A stretch of 64,000 nucleotides of DNA from Candidatus Hydrogenedentota bacterium (GTDB lineage Bacteria > Hydrogenedentota > Hydrogenedentia > Hydrogenedentales > SLHB01): positions 1-64,000 of the forward strand of contig BTWA01000012.1 in the NCBI GenBank assembly GCA_045863295.1. The letters are read 5' to 3'. The notes beneath the pieces are model-generated. The model was not told the origin of the DNA. It did no database searches and worked only from the letters and a program-made list of their open reading frames with translations. The position numbers and the translations under genes are program-made. Of this stretch, positions 56,964-64,000 are shown in pieces. Each line of letters starts with the position of its first letter. Position 1 is the stretch's first letter.

Positions 56964-57281
56964 TTAGCCTACGTTCTCTATGTCAAACACCGTGTCCAGG
57001 CGAGAGAGATGCAGCACCTTCATGACCGAGGCTGAAGGCGTTACGAGCGTAAAGGCCGCATTGCGATCATTCGCAGTGCGGAGACCTTCCACCAGGGTTG
57101 CCACGCCCGAACTGTCCATGTACGAAACGCCGCTGAGATCGACGGCCACGGTCTGGGTATCTTTTGGAACCTCTTTCGTTATGGCCGTGCGAAGTTGAGG
57201 GGAAGTGTTCAAATCCACTTCGCCCTGCACGCAGACGGTCCGTACGCCATCTTTGTCGGTCTTGCTTAGGTTCATCGCCAT
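56964..57281 (-). CDS. STAS-domain anti-anti-sigma factor (RsbV/SpoIIAA-like; positionally MlaB-like)
   Basis: GEVDLNTSPQLR, VDLSGVSYMDSSG (phosphoacceptor Ser). Confidence 0.9.
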   Translation of the reverse strand: MAMNLSKTDKDGVRTVCVQGEVDLNTSPQLRTAITKEVPKDTQTVAVDLSGVSYMDSSGVATLVEGLRTANDRNAAFTLVTPSASVMKVLHLSRLDTVFDIENVG

Positions 57282-57367
57282 GTTCAGCCGAATCCTCTAT
57301 TCGTTACTATCGTTGTCCGTTTCAGCCACCGTATGCCAACACAGCCAGGCAAATCACAATATGTGAA

Positions 57368-57802
57368 CTACAACGCGCGCCTTCTCAAACGCATGATTAC
57401 GGTATTGCCATGCGCCTCGCCGGGTACAAATCGCACCTCGTCGAATACATAATACATAAGTTGAACACCGAGACCGCCCGGCTTCAACGTGTCTCGGGAC
57501 GGGGTGGTCAACTCGCGTCGCTCAATTCGATCCAGCGGTGCGGGAATGCCCTCATCCTTCAGTGCGATATCGACAAACTCCCCGTTGGAGCTGAATGTCA
57601 ATTCGTACTCCTGATCGGCCTTGCCTTCGTACGAATGCCGTATGGCATTGGCACAAGCCTCGTCGACGGCAAGAACTGCGTCATCCACGCGATCCGAATC
57701 GATTCCGAAATTGCTCAGGTAGGACCTGACCAGTCCGCGGATAGAGCAGAGCAAGTTCGGGCTCGATCGCACCGTCAGTTTAATATCCATCGAGTCTTCC
57801 AT
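57368..57802 (-). CDS. RsbW/SpoIIAB-like anti-sigma serine kinase
   Basis: LAVDEACANAIRHSY, DEG, GGLGVQLM. Confidence 0.9.
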   Translation of the reverse strand: MEDSMDIKLTVRSSPNLLCSIRGLVRSYLSNFGIDSDRVDDAVLAVDEACANAIRHSYEGKADQEYELTFSSNGEFVDIALKDEGIPAPLDRIERRELTTPSRDTLKPGGLGVQLMYYVFDEVRFVPGEAHGNTVIMRLRRRAL

Positions 57803-57847
57803 GCCTACCCTCGGCTGGCTCGATAGGCATAACCGTAAACCACCCGG

Positions 57848-59602
57848 TTACGCCCCGGTTCCGTAATACTTCAGCGCAATCATTGTGCAATCGTCTTGCG
57901 GAGCCGTGTTATGACAATGTACACGCACCGCTTCATTAATCTGATCCACTATTCGTCGCGGCAATGCCGACACCAACTCCTTGGCCTCCAAGCTCAGGCG
58001 CTTCATGCCAAACTCATCCAGGACCTTAGTCTGGCCCTCACCGGTATACCGTCTGGCCTCCACTATGCCGTCAGTGTACAGGAGAATAGTCTCGCTCTTT
58101 TTGACTTGTATGTGCACATCGGACCAGGTTGCGTTCTCAAGTATGCCTACAGGCGGTCCTGATGGATCTGGGAAGACCCGCACCCCTTTTTCCGCCAGCA
58201 TCAATGGCGGATGATGGCCCGCATTAGCACAGATAGCCTTGCCCGTGTCCAAGTCCAGCAAGACATAGCACAAGGTACAAAACATCCCGGCCTGGCTGCG
58301 CACACATTGGATGTCATTCAACGCTTTCAAAACAGCGGCGGGCGATTCAAGATTCGGCGCGTGAATGCGGAATTCCGCCAGCAGTTGGGCCATGGTCAAC
58401 GCCGCTGGAATCCCCTTGCCACTCACATCGCCAATCAGGAGTCCTACCTTGTTTCCCGACGGCACAATAAAATCGTAAAAATCTCCACCGATAATCTTGG
58501 CGGGACGAGTCTCGCCATATACGGCATACCGCGCCTCGTTCTCCGGCCAGTCTTTAACCAGGAAACCTTCCTGGATGGTCCATGCGTGCTGAATTTCTTG
58601 GTCCGTGCGTTCTTTGTCCACAATTTTTTGGTGCATGGTCGCATTTTCGAGCGCAAGTCCGGCGCTGTTGCCCACGGCCGTACTGAGTAACATATCCTCG
58701 TGTGTGTACTGTAGGCCGGGTCGATCCGAGTCAACGTACAGGATGCCAAGAATGCCATACTTGCCACGCAATGGCGCGCAAATAATTGAACGCAATTTGA
58801 GCGACATGATGCTCTGGGCTTCGTTCAACTCACTTGCGTTGTCCGTATCCTGAAAAAGCAGACTTTCGCCCTTGCTAAGCACATTGTTGGCCACGGTCCG
58901 GCTAATGCGGATGTCCCGCTTTTCGACATGGGTAAGACGCCCATTTTCTATCACATGGAACTTCCCGCAAGATGGACAAGGTTCGATATCCGTCGGACTT
59001 GTACCCGCAAACAGGATCGTACCCCGTTGCGCGTCGATTGCGCGCAGTGTCGTTTCAAGAATGCGATCCACTAAGGGACAGGGCTCGTACGTAGACGCAA
59101 TCTCGTTCATTACTGCAAAAATTGCCCTCAGCAGCGACTCGGACTTGGCTTCGCCTTCGGCGGCTTCGCCTTCTCTCTGCCAGCCAACGAGCTTTTCCTT
59201 GAAAATGGTCGAGTCGTCGGGTTCGTCCAATTTGACCGTCTTTTCAACTTCGATCACCTCGAAACGTAGTATGGTCTCGCCAATACGGATACGGTCGCCG
59301 TGGGAAAGCTGGCCCTCCACCATGGGATGTCCATTGACAATCGTCCCATTGGTGCTACCCAGGTCTTTCCATTTAAATCGGTTGCCGGTATGGACAATTT
59401 CGAGGTGATGGCGAGAGGCTGCACCGTCGTCAATCACGAGCCCGCAGTCTATGGATCGGCCAAGAGTCAGTGTTTGTCCCACTGCGATTCGGCGATTTTC
59501 GTCGCCTTCGCATACGATGTAGCCCTGCTGCAACGGACATTTCTCCTTCTCATCCACGAACAGCGTAATTCTATCCAGCTTTGCAGGCGGACACAAATGC
59601 AT
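57848..59602 (-). CDS. FHA-GAF-SpoIIE (PP2C) phosphatase; likely start TTG at 59533
   Basis: FHA (LGRS..SRHH..DLGSTNGT), GAF (SIICAPL..GILYVDS), PP2C (GGDFYD, DVSGKG, YTDG, DDCT). Confidence 0.93.
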   Translation of the reverse strand: MHLCPPAKLDRITLFVDEKEKCPLQQGYIVCEGDENRRIAVGQTLTLGRSIDCGLVIDDGAASRHHLEIVHTGNRFKWKDLGSTNGTIVNGHPMVEGQLSHGDRIRIGETILRFEVIEVEKTVKLDEPDDSTIFKEKLVGWQREGEAAEGEAKSESLLRAIFAVMNEIASTYEPCPLVDRILETTLRAIDAQRGTILFAGTSPTDIEPCPSCGKFHVIENGRLTHVEKRDIRISRTVANNVLSKGESLLFQDTDNASELNEAQSIMSLKLRSIICAPLRGKYGILGILYVDSDRPGLQYTHEDMLLSTAVGNSAGLALENATMHQKIVDKERTDQEIQHAWTIQEGFLVKDWPENEARYAVYGETRPAKIIGGDFYDFIVPSGNKVGLLIGDVSGKGIPAALTMAQLLAEFRIHAPNLESPAAVLKALNDIQCVRSQAGMFCTLCYVLLDLDTGKAICANAGHHPPLMLAEKGVRVFPDPSGPPVGILENATWSDVHIQVKKSETILLYTDGIVEARRYTGEGQTKVLDEFGMKRLSLEAKELVSALPRRIVDQINEAVRVHCHNTAPQDDCTMIALKYYGTGA

Positions 59603-59792
59603 GCCGCTGTAAGTCTAATCTGGGCTGGCATGTAGTAAGGTGGGGGTGCAAATATGCCTCAAAATACGTTCACCACAGCCAAGAAGCGGCTGTGTAAAGG
59701 TCCAATTGCGTTTCAACTGTCAACACATGGCGGGTTTGCGCAACCCTGTGGTATAGTTCAGATTCCGTAGGGACAAGGCTGGATACAGGTCG

Positions 59793-60557
59793 ATGAGCAA
59801 CAAGGCATTTCTCGAAAAGCGCGTGCTGGATTTGGAAAAGGAGTGTGCCGATGCACAGGCGCGATTGGCGGATGTGCGAGAAAAGCTCGATCGTGCCGAC
59901 GCACGAAAGAAGGCTGACCCCACGCAACGTGACCGATGGAATGGCGTCATTGAGAACCTCGAGCGGGACATGGCAAAGGCAAAGGCAGTAATCGCCCATT
60001 GCGAAGCCGAGATTAGCGAGAAAAGAAAGAAGATAGCAGAACTGCCGGCCGAGGAGTCCCCTCAGGCACCGTCCGCGGCTGCTGAGTCTGATCTCGAAGA
60101 TGCGGAGGACGATCTCAACAAAGTTCTAGATGACCTGCATCAATTGCTCGAGCCGGAAGACGACGTCAAACGCCTACTGGAGATGCCGCCGTCCGAACTG
60201 GTCAATGTCAGTGACGAAGAGTTAAGCGCCCTTCAGGACTACGAATTACGGGCGGCCCGCGCAAGGCGCAAGCTGGGGGAAGAGAATGCGCCTAAGTTGT
60301 TGACACCAGGCGAGAGGCGAAAACAAGAGAAGTTGCGCCTTGCCTTGGAAAAGCTGCGGGTCGACAATTTCTACGCGCTGACGCTGGATGACATGACCGT
60401 CATTTCCGAAGCGTACGTGACTCTGAACAAAATACCGCGCCGGACAGCACAAGAAGAGGAAATGCGATTTCTGATCGGTGGCGCAATATACAGTTTCGAG
60501 ATACTCTACAAATACATGCAGCGTTGGTGGAAGAAGGCCGAAGGGAAGACTCCGTAA
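59793..60557 (+). CDS. Hypothetical coiled-coil protein
   Basis: 254-aa ORF, charged heptad N-terminus, divergent from the phosphatase operon. Confidence 0.7.
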   Translation: MSNKAFLEKRVLDLEKECADAQARLADVREKLDRADARKKADPTQRDRWNGVIENLERDMAKAKAVIAHCEAEISEKRKKIAELPAEESPQAPSAAAESDLEDAEDDLNKVLDDLHQLLEPEDDVKRLLEMPPSELVNVSDEELSALQDYELRAARARRKLGEENAPKLLTPGERRKQEKLRLALEKLRVDNFYALTLDDMTVISEAYVTLNKIPRRTAQEEEMRFLIGGAIYSFEILYKYMQRWWKKAEGKTP

Positions 60558-60574
60558 CTCCAGTCGCGGTTGGC

Positions 60575-61507
60575 TTAGGATGCCGTTTTGCTGAGTTCTC
60601 GGGGTAGCTTAAAGTGAACACTCTCGGTCACAATCTCGCTTTCCTCAACCTCCACAGGTCCCCGCGCTCGGAAATATTCGATCACACCCTGTACCAGCGA
60701 TTCCGGGGCGGAAGCGCCTGCTGTTAACAAAATAGCGCCAATGCCTTCCAGCCAGCGTTCGTCAATCATGCTGGAATCACCGATGAGCCGTGCGGGCTTG
60801 CCGGTTGTCGCGCAGATATCAACCAACCGGTTTGAATTAGCACTGGTTACGTCACCGACCACAAGCACGAGATCCACGTCTGACGACAATGCCCGCACGG
60901 CAGCTTGTCGATTTGTCGTCGCATAGCAGATATCTGAGGTAGGGGGGGCTTGAATATTTGGGAATTTCTGCTTGAGGGCATCCAGGACAATCTCGCAATC
61001 TTCGACACTGAGCGTGGTTTGGGTAATATACGAAACTTGGTCGGGATTCTCGATTTCGAGGTCTTCCACGTCCTGCAGGGTCAATACCCGCTTAATGTGG
61101 GTAGGTGCCCAGCCCATGGTCCCCACCGTCTCGTCGTGGCCTTCTTCACCAACAAGGATAATCGTAAAGTCCCGTGCTGCGAACCGGCGTGCTTCGTTGT
61201 GTACTTTCTCGACCAGCGGGCAAGTGGCGTCGATAACTTCCATCTTATACCGTTCGGCTTCAGCATACCGTTCCGGGCTTACGCCGTGTGCGCTAAAAAG
61301 GAGGTGAGAACCTTCGGGAACGTCATCCAAGTTCTTGACGAAAACAGCCCCCTTGGCTCGCAAGTCATTGACTACATGGGCGTTATGCACTATGTCGTTG
61401 AGTACGTATACGGGTGCGCCATAGCGTTCCAGAGCCTGTTCGACGCATTTAATAGCCCGTTCCACTCCCGCGCAAAACCCACGCGGCCTCGCCAATATGA
61501 TTTTCAT
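60575..61507 (-). CDS. ispH: 4-hydroxy-3-methylbut-2-enyl diphosphate reductase
   Basis: PRGFCAGV, IVHN, SAHG, DATCPLV, QTTLS, DICYATTNRQ, TAGASAPE. Confidence 0.98.
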   Translation of the reverse strand: MKIILARPRGFCAGVERAIKCVEQALERYGAPVYVLNDIVHNAHVVNDLRAKGAVFVKNLDDVPEGSHLLFSAHGVSPERYAEAERYKMEVIDATCPLVEKVHNEARRFAARDFTIILVGEEGHDETVGTMGWAPTHIKRVLTLQDVEDLEIENPDQVSYITQTTLSVEDCEIVLDALKQKFPNIQAPPTSDICYATTNRQAAVRALSSDVDLVLVVGDVTSANSNRLVDICATTGKPARLIGDSSMIDERWLEGIGAILLTAGASAPESLVQGVIEYFRARGPVEVEESEIVTESVHFKLPRELSKTAS

Positions 61508-61730
61508 AGTTTTCCCTGTAGACGAATGAACACCAAAGGTTTGCTATGTGAAAAACAACAGACTGCGGACTTGCTATTCCGTTTGGGTCACCAATCTGCG
61601 GATACAAGCATAGCATACACTTGATCGCTGGCTCGAATCCGGCCTGGTGCACAGGTTGTTCCAGCGGTATTTACCCGCAAATACTTGTCAGGAAGCGCAA
61701 CTTCAATAGGGAACAGTTCACGATACTCCG

Positions 61731-62510
61731 TTAAAGGTGAATTTCTCCGGTGAGAAACAAAGCGGCTGTGCCAGCTACGGATACACGATCACCCTTGTCT
61801 TCGCAGGCAACGGCGCCTCCCCTGTGCGACACTTGGCGGGCGTTCAGCCGCGACTTTCCAAGGCGTGCGGCCCAATACGGGGCCAATGTGCAAAAGGCCG
61901 AACCGGTAACGGGGTCCTCCGGGATACCTTGACGTGGGGCAAAGAAGCGGCAGACAAAATCGCATGATTCGCCTGGCGCACAGATGGTAAAGGCAAACGT
62001 GTCAAATGCCGCGATCTTGGTCATGTCCGGTTCGACCGTGCGCACAGCAGCTTCAGATTCCAGCACCAAAACGGTATCTCGGGCGACAAGAGATTCCAGC
62101 ACCTTTGCACCAATTGCGTCTGCCAGGTTCGCATCAGTCGGTACTGGTTTACCGGGACGTGCCGGAAAGTCCATCGCAAGTAAATTACCCTCGCGCGTTA
62201 CCGACAATTGCCCGGAAAGGGTCTCAAATTCCACCCGATCCCCTGAATAGTCTAGGCAGTTGAACAGGATATGAGCTGTTGCCAATGTGGCATGACCGCA
62301 TAGGTCGACTTCAGTCGTGGGAGTGAACCAACGCAGTCTGAATACGTCTCCCTCCTGCACAAAAAAGGCGGTCTCGGACAAGTTGTTTTCCGCAGCGATG
62401 GATTGAAGTAGGTCGTCGTCCAACCAATTTGGCAGGGGACAGACGGCTGCGGGGTTGCCGCCAAAGATTTTGTCAGAGAACGCATCCACTTGAAATACGG
62501 GAATATTCAT
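61731..62510 (-). CDS. PhzF/PhzC family isomerase
   Basis: VDAF..GGNPAAV, NLSETAF, EVDLCGHATLA, EDPVTGSA. Confidence 0.95.
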   Translation of the reverse strand: MNIPVFQVDAFSDKIFGGNPAAVCPLPNWLDDDLLQSIAAENNLSETAFFVQEGDVFRLRWFTPTTEVDLCGHATLATAHILFNCLDYSGDRVEFETLSGQLSVTREGNLLAMDFPARPGKPVPTDANLADAIGAKVLESLVARDTVLVLESEAAVRTVEPDMTKIAAFDTFAFTICAPGESCDFVCRFFAPRQGIPEDPVTGSAFCTLAPYWAARLGKSRLNARQVSHRGGAVACEDKGDRVSVAGTAALFLTGEIHL

Positions 62511-62804
62511 GCGAAATCCTTCCGGCTCTGAATTGTCCGATTGTGTTCTTTCACGAGGTCATGCCTACTGGTTGCTTCAAAGCAAGTTAGGGATTGCTAG
62601 CGGCTGTTTGCCTATAACCTTGCCGCTTTTCCGTGCATAGGCCGTTTGCGCTTTGGGATATAGGCGCTTGGGCAAGCATAGTGCAATTCCAAACCCATTG
62701 CCGATAAGGGTTACGCATTGGTATAGTCATCGGCAAGGCCCGGCCTTGGCGGGTAGAGGCCGGACAGGGCCCATCGGGAGGGCCGACGGAAGGAGCGTAC
62801 GGGT

Positions 62805-63776
62805 ATGACGGTTCTGAAAGTATTGGGTTTCAGCGTCGCGGTCTTGGGGTTGATCGGGGTGCTTGGCTGTGTTCGTGCGCGACCCGGTGCGCCCCACGGC
62901 GTGACCGATGTAATTGCCCACCGAGGCTCGAGTGCGTACGCGCCGGAGAATACCCTTGCTGCTTTTAAGATGGCCAAGGAGCAGGGTGCGGATTGGTTTG
63001 AATTGGACTGTAGGCTCAGCGAAGACGGCCAAGTGGTCGTGATTCACGATGAGACGGTAGATCGTACCACGAATGGAACAGGATACGTTCGCGAGTTGGC
63101 GTTGCACGATTTGCAGAATCTGGACGCGGGCACGTGGAAGGGGCCTGAGTTCGAGGGAGAGCGTATCCCGACTCTGGGACAGGCGCTCGATTTCGCAAAG
63201 TGGAAAATCGGCGTCTATTGCGAAATCAAGAGCGACGACGATGACACTCTGCTGATTGAGCGGATCAAGGAGCGCTCGAAAGGAATTGCAAAGGCCGACT
63301 TTCAGTTTAAGCAGGACATCATGGCGATGATTGAAGCCAGCGGAACTCGAAACCTGGAACTCACGCGCAAGGCTATTGTGGAGATTCTGAACCGGCGCAT
63401 GTGGCGGCAGGTTGTCATTCAATCATTTTCTCCGGTCATTTGTGCCATCGTGGCAATCGAAGCTCCGCAGATACGAGTGGAATATCTTGGCGGCGAAGAT
63501 CCAGATGTACCGGGGTCGTGGGAAGAGTATTTGCGGATGGGCTATTTGCTCGACGTGGACGGATTCAACATCAATCGACAATCGGTGACTGAAGGACGAA
63601 TCGCGGCGTTTCACGAGGCAGGCAAGACCTGTGCAGTTTGGACAGTGGACGAACTTGAAGAAATCGATCGGCTGATTACTTGGGGTGTCGATGGAGTCAT
63701 TTCAAACAAGCCAGAAATTGTATTCAATTCGACCCGCGAGAAGCAGTGGGTTGGCGCTCCCTACAAGGCGAAATAG
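62805..63776 (+). CDS. Glycerophosphodiester phosphodiesterase (exported or lipoprotein)
   Basis: IAHRG..PENTLAAF, ELD, IHD..DRTT, WTVD, GVDGVISNKP; AAGGAG RBS. Confidence 0.93.
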   Translation: MTVLKVLGFSVAVLGLIGVLGCVRARPGAPHGVTDVIAHRGSSAYAPENTLAAFKMAKEQGADWFELDCRLSEDGQVVVIHDETVDRTTNGTGYVRELALHDLQNLDAGTWKGPEFEGERIPTLGQALDFAKWKIGVYCEIKSDDDDTLLIERIKERSKGIAKADFQFKQDIMAMIEASGTRNLELTRKAIVEILNRRMWRQVVIQSFSPVICAIVAIEAPQIRVEYLGGEDPDVPGSWEEYLRMGYLLDVDGFNINRQSVTEGRIAAFHEAGKTCAVWTVDELEEIDRLITWGVDGVISNKPEIVFNSTREKQWVGAPYKAK

Positions 63777-63807
63777 GCTACTTCCTTTCGACTAGTCACG
63801 AAAGACC

Positions 63808-63843
63808 AGGGCACCGGTCCACATAGGCCGGGAGCCCTTTTTT
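63808..63843 (+). terminator. Rho-independent terminator
   Basis: Imperfect stem AGGGCACCGGTC...GGCCGGGAGCCC followed by T6. Confidence 0.65.
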
Positions 63844-64000
63844 GTCTTGCCCGGGTTCATGGGCTGGCGGTAAATAGGCGGGTAAGGGCGAAAACTTGAA
63901 AATTGCCCGGAGTTTGCGGGTGGGACCGTTCAATCACTGGGGTGATTGCGGTTTTTGAATACTATCCGACGGTACATTCTGTTCATTCGCGTTCAAACCT

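Noticed and set aside
62727..63422. 231-aa - strand ORF
   Set aside because: Antisense shadow of the GDPD gene.
1..64000. CRISPR arrays, rRNA, intact tRNA, IS elements
   Set aside because: No regularly spaced repeats, cloverleafs or transposase motifs found by eye; intergenic gaps are all under about 350 bp.

Overview
Bacterial chromosomal window, roughly mid-50s % GC by eye and densely coding. It holds mostly housekeeping and envelope genes of a diderm organism; the repertoire is reminiscent of Hydrogenedentota-like lineages, which is an unverified impression. I found no rRNA, intact tRNA, CRISPR array, IS element or prophage. Main content: an XRE-HTH / SecB-like / secA / transglutaminase / ABC cluster; an M28 peptidase; a stand-alone serine-recombinase DNA-binding domain next to a GntR regulator; sugar-catabolic genes; a diguanylate cyclase; an RND pump (MFP plus two AcrB-like); ExeA/ExeB-like genes; aroF-scpB-rluB; glgP; an orphan divergent ftsA behind a large coiled-coil protein; cysC; a LysM amidase; a partner-switching module in line with an Mla/MCE transporter; ispH, a PhzF-family gene and a GDPD. 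Best candidates for undescribed biology: (1) a toxin-less antitoxin-chaperone (TAC-like) module with its own operator directly ahead of secA, possibly a secretion-load sensor; (2) phased NrdR-box-like sites on the amidase and coiled-coil/ftsA promoters; (3) the orphan ftsA plus coiled-coil pair; (4) a phospho-switch possibly acting on the STAS (MlaB-like) subunit of a lipid transporter; (5) a separately promoted, catalytic-domain-less recombinase domain. All calls come from reading motifs by eye; no searches were run.
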